Part shown: piece after piece, positions 22,863 through 31,285 of the stretch
How the letters are laid out: each line of letters begins with the position of its first letter
How positions within the stretch are numbered: position 1 is the first letter of the stretch
NCBI GenBank assembly: GCA_963675515.1
Contig: OY776328.1
Coordinates: forward strand, 600,001 to 632,000
Origin: Coprobacillaceae bacterium
GTDB lineage: Bacteria; Bacillota_I; Bacilli_A; Erysipelotrichales; Coprobacillaceae
DNA: 32,000 bases
Direction: 5' to 3'
Translations under genes and position numbers: made by a program
Notes under the pieces: generated by a model
Database searches by the model: none
Seen by the model: only the letters and a program-made list of their open reading frames with translations
Told to the model about the DNA's origin: nothing

Positions 22863-24768
22863 TTTGCTTCTTGTTCATGATTACCGGAATAATCATCGGA
22901 TTGCGCTGGGTCTTCTTGTAGAAGTAAGACGATAATGTTTCCCGGGCAACATTTTTGATATTGCCGAAAGTCGTCTTGCCACCTAATTCCTTTGTCAAAG
23001 CCCTGTTGACCAAGTATTCCGCTTCCTTGAGCATCTCGTAGCTGTCTTTCATATAGATGAAGCCACGCGAGATCAGGACCGGTTTTTTCAATAATTTTCC
23101 TTCATGTGAATCCATCGCGATCAATACGGAAACCATCCCGTCCTCTGAAAGTATGGTACGGTCGCGTAATACCGCGGTTGAAAGCCCAGAAGAGTCGTTT
23201 CCGTCGACAAAAATGTCATCGGCCTGGATCCGCGGCCCGATTTTGACCTGGTGGTTGTTTAAAAGCAAGGTATCACCATTGGCCAGTACGAACGTGTTTT
23301 CTTCGCTCATCCCTACATCCAGAGCCAATTTGGCATGGGTTTTGAGCATTTTGAATTCACCATGCATCGGCATGAAGAATTTCGGTTTCAACAGCAAGAG
23401 CATAAGCTTCTGTTCTTCCTGGGACGCATGCCCGGAAGTGTGCAGGTTGTTGTAAGGGGTGTTGGTCAAAACCTTTGCCCCGGCTCTAAAAAGCTTGTTG
23501 ACAACCTGGTTGATGCTGTAGGCGTTGCCTGGGATAGGACTTGACGAGAAAAGGACCGTATCCCCGGGTTTGATTTTGACATACTTGTGGGTTCCTTGGG
23601 CGATTCTTGACAAAGCTGCCAGAGCCTCACCTTGTGAACCGGTACATAAAATCAGTATTTCATTGTCAGGCAGATTCTTTGCCTGAGAATTTTTGATAAA
23701 GAAATTGTCAGGACATTTGATATATCCTAATTTGCGGGAAACTTGTATATTGTTTTCCATTGAACGACCATAAACTAAAATTTTACGATTGAATTTAACT
23801 GCAGCTTCGACAATCTGCTGCACCCTGTGAACGTTTGATGCGAAGGTGGCCACAATCAGGCGGCCTTCGGTTTTTCTGAATTCATCCCGGATTCCCTGAG
23901 CAACCTCTTTTTCGGAGCTCGAGAATGTTTCAACTTCCGCGTTGGTTGAATCCGACATCAGTAAATCGACACCGGTCTCTCCCAAAAATGACATCTTCTG
24001 GAAGTCGGCGGTATCGCCAACAGGCGACAAGTCGAATTTGAAGTCGCCGGTCTCCACGATCCGGCCATTAGGTGTATTGAGTATGACACCCAGACTTTCA
24101 GGAATCGAGTGATTGGTTTTGAAAAAACCGATATTGAAATACTTCGACTTGATTATGTAATCACCGTTCGTGATGACGATCTTCGAAGCGTTGAGCAGGC
24201 GCTTTTCTTCGAGTTTGCGGCGGATCATAGCCGCTGCCAGAGGAGTCGCATAGATGAACGGAATCTTGATGTCCTTGAGCAGGAACGGAATTCCACCAAT
24301 ATGGTCCTCGTGACCGTGGGTAATGATCAGCCCGCGGATCTTCTTTTCGTTTTTGCGCAGGTAAGTGTAGTCAGGAATGACATAATCGATTCCTGGCAGA
24401 CTGTCACCGGCGAATTTTACCCCCGCATCGATAATGTACAGCTCGTTTTCGTGTTCTACACAATACATGTTCTTTCCGACCTCGTGAAGTCCTCCCAAGG
24501 CGAAAATCTTTGTATCGGGATTTTTCTGTCTCGATTGGTTTTTCGATTGGTTTTTCGGTTGGTTCTTTTGTTGTGTCTTCGATGCATTGCCCTTGGCCTG
24601 TTGCCCTTTATTAGGGCCTTGTCTGCGGTTTGGGTTGCGGTTGTTGCGCGGTTTTTTCTGATTGTCGTTTGCCGCCTTTTTTACAGTGGCGGCAGTGTTC
24701 GTGTTAGTGTTCGTATTCGTATTTTTAGTTTTTTGGCCACCCTGATTATTTGATGGCTGTTTATCCAT
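22855..24768 (-). CDS. rnj: Ribonuclease J with a low-complexity N-terminal extension
   Basis: The core from KIFALGGLHEVGKNMY, ITHGHEDHIGG and the beta-CASP and C-terminal domains are present. I prefer the ATG at 24768 (MDKQPS...), which has AAAGGAGAA 4 nt upstream, over the start at 24801, which would overlap degV. Confidence 0.92.
   Translation of the reverse strand: MDKQPSNNQGGQKTKNTNTNTNTNTAATVKKAANDNQKKPRNNRNPNRRQGPNKGQQAKGNASKTQQKNQPKNQSKNQSRQKNPDTKIFALGGLHEVGKNMYCVEHENELYIIDAGVKFAGDSLPGIDYVIPDYTYLRKNEKKIRGLIITHGHEDHIGGIPFLLKDIKIPFIYATPLAAAMIRRKLEEKRLLNASKIVITNGDYIIKSKYFNIGFFKTNHSIPESLGVILNTPNGRIVETGDFKFDLSPVGDTADFQKMSFLGETGVDLLMSDSTNAEVETFSSSEKEVAQGIRDEFRKTEGRLIVATFASNVHRVQQIVEAAVKFNRKILVYGRSMENNIQVSRKLGYIKCPDNFFIKNSQAKNLPDNEILILCTGSQGEALAALSRIAQGTHKYVKIKPGDTVLFSSSPIPGNAYSINQVVNKLFRAGAKVLTNTPYNNLHTSGHASQEEQKLMLLLLKPKFFMPMHGEFKMLKTHAKLALDVGMSEENTFVLANGDTLLLNNHQVKIGPRIQADDIFVDGNDSSGLSTAVLRDRTILSEDGMVSVLIAMDSHEGKLLKKPVLISRGFIYMKDSYEMLKEAEYLVNRALTKELGGKTTFGNIKNVARETLSSYFYKKTQRNPMIIPVIMNKKQND
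24532..24567 (-). repeat. 3 x 12-nt in-frame tandem repeat inside the rnj 5' region
   Basis: Plus strand: CGATTGGTTTTT / CGATTGGTTTTT / CGGTTGGTTCTT. It encodes KNQ(P/S) x3 on the minus strand. Confidence 0.9.
24694..24723 (-). repeat. (Asn-Thr)5 hexanucleotide-type repeat inside the rnj 5' region
   Basis: Minus strand: AAT ACG AAT ACG AAC ACT AAC ACG AAC ACT. Confidence 0.9.
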
Positions 24769-24785
24769 TGGGTTCTCCTTTTTGT

Positions 24786-25643
24786 TTATAGTTTGTTGCA
24801 AACGCTAATTGCTAAAGCGTGAGGACCGATATGGCAGGAAACGCTAAGTGAAAGTGGGTCGACTTCAATATCTTCGACATCGAACTCCCTGATCAATTCT
24901 TCCTTGAGTTCCTGTGCTGTTGCTTGGTCATATGTATAAGCGATATCGATGTTCACATTATCGGGATTTCCATCGAACTTTTCATCGATTACCTGTCTGA
25001 TCGCATCGATCATGATCCGGGTCCCTTTTTTCATTGTCCTGGTCCTTGAATAGGTATCAAGTTTTTCGGTCGAAAGGTGCAAAATCGGCTTGATTTTAAG
25101 CATGCCGCCAAGCAAGGCGACAGCCGGAGTGATTCTCCCGCCCTTGCGCAGATATTCCAAGGTGTTGACAGTGATGAAGATATCATGTCTTCGATTTGGG
25201 CCTTCAAGAATTTCCTTGATCTGGCTGGCTGTGCTGCCTTGCCTGACCAGTTTCAAGGCGTCGAGCACATCCCGCCGCAAAGCGACGGAGATTCGTTTCG
25301 AATCGACGACCTGGACCTTGCCTTCATATTCCTGGGCCAGCAATAGCGCCGTCTGACATGATCCTGACAAGCCACTTGACATGGGGATGTATACAATCTC
25401 GTCATATTCTTGTAAGACAGATTCCCATAGTCTGGTGACTTCGTTAGCAATTGGTTGTGAAGTAAATAATTCGGCATTATTCATTAATTTTTCATAAAAC
25501 TCATCCTGAGTTAAATTGATGTCTTCGTAAAAGGTAGTACCATTGATGGAAAAGGGCATAGGCAAGACCCAAATTCCCATATCCTGAGCTTGTTGTTGGG
25601 TGATACCCGAATTACTATCCGTAATTATCGCAATTTTGCCCAT
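24786..25643 (-). CDS. degV: DegV-family fatty-acid-binding protein
   Basis: KIAIITDSNSGITQ, TSQP and IPMSSGLSGS are DegV motifs. Length is 285 aa. A TAGGAGG SD is present. Confidence 0.88.
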   Translation of the reverse strand: MGKIAIITDSNSGITQQQAQDMGIWVLPMPFSINGTTFYEDINLTQDEFYEKLMNNAELFTSQPIANEVTRLWESVLQEYDEIVYIPMSSGLSGSCQTALLLAQEYEGKVQVVDSKRISVALRRDVLDALKLVRQGSTASQIKEILEGPNRRHDIFITVNTLEYLRKGGRITPAVALLGGMLKIKPILHLSTEKLDTYSRTRTMKKGTRIMIDAIRQVIDEKFDGNPDNVNIDIAYTYDQATAQELKEELIREFDVEDIEVDPLSLSVSCHIGPHALAISVCNKL

Positions 25644-25874
25644 GATCTACCTCCTATCTATAACACAATAATGATATCAAATATCCTTGAAAATGCAATA
25701 CTTATGTACCAAAACTTTATAATACAATCGGAAACGCGAAAGAATCCGCTTACACGATTGTGGTGTTTAAGGCAAGCAAAACATTTGCTTTTAATTCTAT
25801 ATAAGTGTATTCTTATACTGTGCCAAGGGTGCCGGGGACTTAGTCCAGGTAGAAGCAGCAATATTGCATATTTA

Positions 25875-25903
25875 TTGGCAGATTTTTATTGATATGTTAC
25901 AAT
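25875..25903 (+). promoter_or_regulatory. trxA promoter
   Basis: TTGGCA (25875-25880), 17 nt, then extended -10 TGtTACAAT (25895-25903). Confidence 0.65.
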
Positions 25904-25932
25904 GAGGATATAAAACAAAAGGAGATTTAGTT

Positions 25933-26238
25933 ATGGAAATTGTAAATGCTCAAAAATTTGATGAAGTTATCAAAAATGGAGTTGTTTTGGTAGACTTTTT
26001 TGCGAACTGGTGTGGACCATGTAAAATGTTGTCTCCTGTTCTTGAAGGGTTGTCAAAAGAAATGCCAAGCGTGGGATTCTATAAAGTCGATGTTGATGTG
26101 GAACAACAATTGGCTGGCCGTTATGGTATCCAGGCTATTCCAAACATGGTCATCTTCAAAGATGGCAAAGCGGTAGATCAAATCACCGGATTCACAAGCA
26201 AGGGCGACATCCAAAACCGCCTGAACAAATATTTATAA
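25933..26238 (+). CDS. trxA: Thioredoxin
   Basis: The WCGPCK active site, VDVD...YGIQAIPNMVIFKDGK and a length of 101 aa fit thioredoxin. An AAGGAG SD is present. Confidence 0.95.
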   Translation: MEIVNAQKFDEVIKNGVVLVDFFANWCGPCKMLSPVLEGLSKEMPSVGFYKVDVDVEQQLAGRYGIQAIPNMVIFKDGKAVDQITGFTSKGDIQNRLNKYL

Positions 26239-26243
26239 TAGTG

Positions 26244-26292
26244 AGCCATTGCTCAATTAGTCAACTTGAGGATAATTCCTTGGTTGGCTTTT
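26244..26292 (+). terminator. Weak or branched terminator after trxA
   Basis: AGCCA...TGGCT closes a branched loop (inner CTCAA/TTGAG) and is followed by T7 (26289-26295 region). The stem is short. Confidence 0.35.
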
Positions 26293-26870
26293 TTTGTCTT
26301 ATAATCTCAGGATCATGCAACAAACCAACTTTGGTCGGATATCCAAAGCGGGTTCAACCGGACCGAATGACTGTTCTTGATCAGTATACGCTCGTTCGAG
26401 CACCGGACAAGATAATCGCACAAAAACAAGGGTGAGGTTTTTTTAGAAATAGCGCATTTGATGCTTATATTGGCAATTCAAAGTGCTATAATTAGCTTGG
26501 AAGCACGGATTTCCTTTTTTCATAGGGAATTCTAATGGCACAAGGATGGTGCAAACCTGATGATAAAGGTTACTACAGCACAGTAAGTACCAGCCAATAT
26601 CATTAACGGTTTTATGCAAAATGGCGGAAATCACAATATCAACCAGCTTGTAAGAGCGGAACTGATCGAAAGGGTATTCACATGAGCAATCCGTCAGACA
26701 ATATGAAGGCTACGCACAATAAAGGTAGAAATGGCGCACAGCTCTTGCGCTGATAGTTTAAATCACAAGGCAATCATAATAATCCAGCAGTATCTCATTG
26801 TATTATAACCGCGATATTGAAAAGAAAGGATGGTGTCCTATTGGCTTAGGACATCATAGATGGTTGAACA

Positions 26871-27926
26871 ATGGACAAATCAAGTGACAAAAACAGTAAA
26901 ATCAAGTTGTCAGGATGGAAGCGGAAAATTCTGGGTGCATTTGCAACAGTAGTGATGCTTGGCGGGTGCGGTGATGCGGGTGAGACGACAAATGTCATAT
27001 CGAACCTGACCTCTATTGAGGCTTCATCACTGGCATGGCAGGATGCCAAAAACCAATTCGAACAGCCGGTTCTCTGGCGGATGGTTCCCACTTCAAACAA
27101 GAACTCGACTCAGATGGAATTGGATGATCAATGGCTCACAAGCGACAAATCGGATGGCTGGTTTGTCTGGTATGCGGATTCTCAGGGAGAGAACTGGATG
27201 ATGTATGCGATTGAAGGCGATGAAGTGACCAAAAAAGATATCGGAACAAGAGAGTTTGGGAAACCGGTCATAAATACAGAACTTCCCAAGGAATCGGTCA
27301 AGGTGTCAATGAAGGATGCGGCCAATATCGCACAGCAACAGGGTGGGGATTTTGATTATCTGATCTGGACCGAATATTCCTGCGATTATGATCTGGGAAA
27401 ATACAAGGGGATACCGGTTTGGGTTTTTGAATTCTCAGAGGAAATTGAAGAAGGGATAACGCTAAACTATCGGATATTCATCAATGCCATGACAGGAGAA
27501 GCCTTGGGGGCACTCAACAACCTGAACGATGAGCTGGACCTGCCAATCGACAGGGAGGCATTGTTGCAGACCAGGACTCAAACCCATCAAGAAGATCTTG
27601 AAAAGTTCCTTGGCTATATGGTTGGCGATGATGCAATCTGGGCAATCAGGCAGATGAGCTACCGGATGGTTCCAAACGAAAATGCCGGGCAGATGTGGCT
27701 GGAAAATTTCCAAAGCATCAAGAAGTTGGAAGTCACCTCGATTGAACAGGCAAACCTAAGCTTATGGACGGACGATTGGGAATGTTACAAGGTTTCCATG
27801 ATGATCGATACCGATGAGGATCCATCGAAGTACGGCTGGGAAGATGGCGAGAATATCCGCTGGTTCACTCTGATTCCACAAGGGGCTGGAGGATGGAAAA
27901 TAGATGCCATCGCTACAAGTCCGTGA
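26871..27926 (+). CDS. Putative lipoprotein, possibly with PepSY-like repeats
   Basis: A signal peptide with lipobox ATVVMLGG|C is present. VSMKDAANIAQQQGG...IPVWVFEF...YRIFINAMTGEALG resembles a PepSY-type fold motif. The SD is poor. Confidence 0.65.
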   Translation: MDKSSDKNSKIKLSGWKRKILGAFATVVMLGGCGDAGETTNVISNLTSIEASSLAWQDAKNQFEQPVLWRMVPTSNKNSTQMELDDQWLTSDKSDGWFVWYADSQGENWMMYAIEGDEVTKKDIGTREFGKPVINTELPKESVKVSMKDAANIAQQQGGDFDYLIWTEYSCDYDLGKYKGIPVWVFEFSEEIEEGITLNYRIFINAMTGEALGALNNLNDELDLPIDREALLQTRTQTHQEDLEKFLGYMVGDDAIWAIRQMSYRMVPNENAGQMWLENFQSIKKLEVTSIEQANLSLWTDDWECYKVSMMIDTDEDPSKYGWEDGENIRWFTLIPQGAGGWKIDAIATSP

Positions 27927-28124
27927 TCCTATTGATTGAAATCCGGCATGGCAATAAGGTAAAGTCGACGGGAGCTTAAAGATTAGTTTGTTTAGAGCTG
28001 ATATGTGGCAATTATCATAACCAAGGAATGTGACAGTTATTATCCAGACTGGAATAAAACACCGTGGCGTTGATGACAAGACGCTAAAATAAAATCAGTT
28101 AAAGAAAGTGAAAAGGTGGTTCTT

Positions 28125-28553
28125 ATGGCAGAGTTAAAGACCAAACAGCACGATGGTGATGTTTTTGAGTTTATTGACAATTTTGCGGACACCAAGCAAA
28201 AACAAGAGGACAGTTACGAGCTGGTGAAGATAATGCAGGAGGTCACAGGACAGCCGCCAAAGATGTGGGGCCCTTCGATAATCGGATTTGGCAGCTATCA
28301 TTATAAATCCGATCGCAGCCCCAAGGAGGGGGAATGGCCATTGGTTGGTTTTTCGCCCCGAAAAGCGGCCATATCATTATATGTCTATTCCGGAAGTCCG
28401 GAGCAGAATCATTTGCTTGAAAACCTGGGAAAATATACGATGGGCAAATCATGCATCTATGTCAAGAAGCTCACGGATATCGACCTTGAAGTTCTAAAAA
28501 GAATAATGCGAGCCACCATCGACTTTCTGGAAGATAAATACGGCCGGAGTTGA
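28125..28553 (+). CDS. DUF1801 (YdhG-like) domain protein
   Basis: DVFEFIDNF...MWGPSIIGFGSYHYKS...GEWPLVGFSPRKAAISLYV is the typical DUF1801 pattern. The ATG at 28125 has an AAAGGTGG SD. Confidence 0.75.
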   Translation: MAELKTKQHDGDVFEFIDNFADTKQKQEDSYELVKIMQEVTGQPPKMWGPSIIGFGSYHYKSDRSPKEGEWPLVGFSPRKAAISLYVYSGSPEQNHLLENLGKYTMGKSCIYVKKLTDIDLEVLKRIMRATIDFLEDKYGRS

Positions 28554-28661
28554 TGGAAATGGAGAGCTGGGGGTTGGAACAACCAACCTAAAAGGGCTAA
28601 GGCTGATGCGATTTACGTTTATCGACGAGGGACATTGCCTGGTATCGGTTCGATCTGAATT

Positions 28662-28686
28662 AGAAGAGGGATGCCTCTTCTTTTTT
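28662..28686 (+). terminator. Rho-independent terminator about 110 nt downstream of the DUF1801 gene
   Basis: AGAAGAGG (28662-28669), GATG loop, CCTCTTCT (28674-28681), then TTTTT. Confidence 0.8.
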
Positions 28687-28738
28687 GTGTTCAAGCCAAA
28701 AGAAACAGTGTATAATAGCTTGCAAGGGGGTAGATTTT

Positions 28739-29932
28739 ATGGACAATAAATTCTCATATCGAATCAATAATGCAAAGGCGTCGGCAATCAGGGAAATTTT
28801 GAAACTGATGAATGACCCCGAAATGATTTCATTTGGCGGCGGCAATCCGGCAAGTGAAAGTTTTCCGATTGCCAAATTGGCTCAAATATCAAACAGGCTG
28901 ATGCAAGAGGAACCTCTGCGGGTATTGGAATACGGAATTACGGAAGGTGATCCCAAACTGAAGGCGGAACTTCAAAAGTTCATGAACCGCGATTTTTTAA
29001 ATGTGGCAGAGGGCGACAGCATGATGATCACTTCTGGTTCGCAACAGATAATGGATCTGGTTGGCCGGGCGCTGATCAATGACGGCGATGTGGTCATCTC
29101 AGAAAATCCTTCATTCCTGGGTGCTTTGAATGCCTTCAAGGTGAACGGGGCGACAGTCAAAGGTGTAGCCATGGAAGATGATGGTTTGAATCTGGCAGAA
29201 TTGGAAGAAACATTGAAGACGACTGAAAACGTCAAGCTGATCTATCTGATTCCCAACTTCCAGAACCCTACCGGGATAACGACCTCTTTAAAGAAACGCA
29301 AAGCCATCCTTGATCTGGCAATCAAGTACGATGTCTTGATTCTTGAAGACAATCCATATGGAGAAATCCGTTTCGCAAACGAACATATCCCTTCAATCAA
29401 GTCACTCGACACGACCAATCACGTGATCTATGCGGCTTCACTTTCCAAAATAGTGGCTCCTGGGATGCGGATTGCCGCAATGGTCGCCACACCGGAACTG
29501 ATTTCAAAATGTGTCGTAGCCAAACAAAGCAGCGATGTCCATACCAATGCCTGGGCCCAGGCGATGATGGCGGAATTCTTGGCGACTGTCGACATCGATG
29601 CCCATCTCAAATCAATCTGCGCTATTTATGAGGAAAAGGCCAAATTGATGCTAGATAAAATGACAGAGACGTTTGCGAACGATGTCAAATGGACGCAGAT
29701 CGAGGGCGGGATGTTCATCTGGGTTACTTTGCCTGAGCGTCTTGACATGCAGCAATTTGTCAAAGAAGCATTGAAACACAAGGTCGCGGTGGTGCCGGGC
29801 AACGCATTCCTCGATGACGACACCAGAACATGCAATTCATTCCGGATGAACTTCTCGAAACCGACCAAGGATCAGATCATTCAGGGTGTTGCCATTCTAG
29901 GTGCGCTCACAAAGGAGTCAAACCATGATTAG
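28739..29932 (+). CDS. Class I/II PLP-dependent aminotransferase (2-aminoadipate/aromatic aminotransferase-like)
   Basis: The ATG at 28739 has a GGGGG SD. AKASAIREILKL...ISFGGGNP, PNFQNPTG and SLSKIVAPGMRIA (PLP lysine) are present. TATAAT sits at 28711-28716. Confidence 0.85.
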   Translation: MDNKFSYRINNAKASAIREILKLMNDPEMISFGGGNPASESFPIAKLAQISNRLMQEEPLRVLEYGITEGDPKLKAELQKFMNRDFLNVAEGDSMMITSGSQQIMDLVGRALINDGDVVISENPSFLGALNAFKVNGATVKGVAMEDDGLNLAELEETLKTTENVKLIYLIPNFQNPTGITTSLKKRKAILDLAIKYDVLILEDNPYGEIRFANEHIPSIKSLDTTNHVIYAASLSKIVAPGMRIAAMVATPELISKCVVAKQSSDVHTNAWAQAMMAEFLATVDIDAHLKSICAIYEEKAKLMLDKMTETFANDVKWTQIEGGMFIWVTLPERLDMQQFVKEALKHKVAVVPGNAFLDDDTRTCNSFRMNFSKPTKDQIIQGVAILGALTKESNHD

Positions 29933-30527
29933 GAATATCATCTTCGATATGGGCGGGGTCATAATTGACTACAACCCCAAAAATATCGTTGAACATTATA
30001 CAAGCGATCCGATTGTCGGGGAAAAGATCCGCAAAGAGCTTTTCGAGTCTCCTTATTGGGTGATGTTCGATGCCGGCGTAATTGACGAAGATCAACTATA
30101 CCAGGAGGTGGCGACCAATGTCTACGCTTCAATGCGGCCGTTGTTGAAGGATGTCATCTCGGGTTGGTACAATTATCTTCCGGAACTGCCGATTGGAGAA
30201 CTTGTCGGGCAGCTCAAGGAAAAGGGCTATGATCTTTATCTCCTTTCCAATGCTTCGGTGCAGTTCGACAACTACCGCGACAACATAACCCTGCTCAAGG
30301 ACTTCAAGGGAATCTATGTTTCCGGTTTCCACAAGCTGATAAAGCCGGGATATTTCATCTATCACGATTTCCTTGAGGAATTCAAACTGGATCCAAGTGA
30401 ATGCCTGTTTATCGACGATGTCCTGGAAAACGTCGAGGGGGCAAGCAAAGCCGGGATAAAGGGGATCGTCCATGATGGCGACATCGCTCATTTGATTGCG
30501 AAGCTAAAAGAGGCTGGAGTACTGTAA
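29925..30527 (+). CDS. HAD-IA family phosphatase (YihX-like variant)
   Basis: IIFDMGGVIIDY (motif I), LLSNAS (motif II) and IDDVLENVEGA (motif IV) are present. An AAAGGAG SD is present. The ATG overlaps the aminotransferase end by 8 nt. Confidence 0.8.
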   Translation: MIRNIIFDMGGVIIDYNPKNIVEHYTSDPIVGEKIRKELFESPYWVMFDAGVIDEDQLYQEVATNVYASMRPLLKDVISGWYNYLPELPIGELVGQLKEKGYDLYLLSNASVQFDNYRDNITLLKDFKGIYVSGFHKLIKPGYFIYHDFLEEFKLDPSECLFIDDVLENVEGASKAGIKGIVHDGDIAHLIAKLKEAGVL

Positions 30528-31285
30528 TGGCTTATTTTTTCTTCGATCTGGATGGGACCCTGCTCGATTCGAACCTCAATGTTCTTGATTCGACGCAGGT
30601 TGCAATCGCCAAGTTGAAGGCGGCAGGTCATATTGTTGCCGTAAATACCGGACGGAGTTACCTGGGGACGCGTACCATACTGGAACAGACTAAAATCGAA
30701 TACGCTATTCTCGATGGCGGAATGACCATCTACCATCGCCATGAAAAGATCAGCGAGAACGTCCTTGATCGCGATTTTGTCAGACGACTATATGTCGAAT
30801 GCCGGTCGTTGGAGATCGACATCGTCCTGGCCAATGATGATGTGGCAAGAATTGTAGACGACCGCTACCGGGAAAATATCAGCGCCGACCATCCCTGGCT
30901 TGCATTCGAATCGATCAAATATGAGACGACATTCGATGATGTCAAAAAGATTTTCATCTTCACAAACGAGATCCGGGCCAAGGAAATCAAGGTGCTCGCC
31001 GAAATAAACTACCTGTATTTGGAAAAGACAAAAGGGATCGTGACCGATCAGAACTGGAAGTTCAGGGGGATTTCCAGTCTGCTCGAGCATTTCTGTTTTG
31101 AAGATGCCTCAACAATAAGTTTTGGCGATTCCAACAACGATATCGAAATGCTTGAAAAATGCGACATCGGGGTGGCCATGGCCAATGCGACCCAACCGGC
31201 AAAAAAAGCCAGTGACATGGTCACTGACTCGAACGATGATGATGGAATATATCGGGCTTTGGTCAAATTGGGCTATATCGACTAA
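30527..31285 (+). CDS. Cof-type HAD-IIB hydrolase
   Basis: YFFFDLDGTLLD, NTGR and FGDSNNDIEML are present. The start overlaps the previous stop (TAATG). Confidence 0.85.
   Translation: MAYFFFDLDGTLLDSNLNVLDSTQVAIAKLKAAGHIVAVNTGRSYLGTRTILEQTKIEYAILDGGMTIYHRHEKISENVLDRDFVRRLYVECRSLEIDIVLANDDVARIVDDRYRENISADHPWLAFESIKYETTFDDVKKIFIFTNEIRAKEIKVLAEINYLYLEKTKGIVTDQNWKFRGISSLLEHFCFEDASTISFGDSNNDIEMLEKCDIGVAMANATQPAKKASDMVTDSNDDDGIYRALVKLGYID

Noticed and set aside
24532-24723. Short tandem repeats that could suggest a CRISPR or VNTR locus
   Set aside because: The units are 6-12 nt, contiguous and in-frame inside rnj, with no spacers. They encode low-complexity peptide, not a CRISPR array.
24109-24753. 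214-aa plus-strand ORF inside rnj
   Set aside because: It is antisense to RNase J. Part of its product is merely the reverse reading of the low-complexity repeat region.
26328-26375. tRNA-like fragment (hairpin followed by GGGTTCAACC, reminiscent of a T-loop)
   Set aside because: The T-stem cannot close (GCGGG...GGACC). The hairpin has a 6-bp stem and an 8-nt loop rather than a 5/7 anticodon arm. No acceptor stem is present.
26241-26435. 64-aa ORF starting at GTG 2 nt after trxA
   Set aside because: It has no SD and reads straight through the trxA terminator hairpin and T-run. I recognise no motif.
26443-26634. 63-aa minus-strand ORF in the long spacer
   Set aside because: It has a GTG start without an SD and a Cys/aromatic-rich product with no recognisable family. 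I kept it only as part of the ORF-poor-gap finding.
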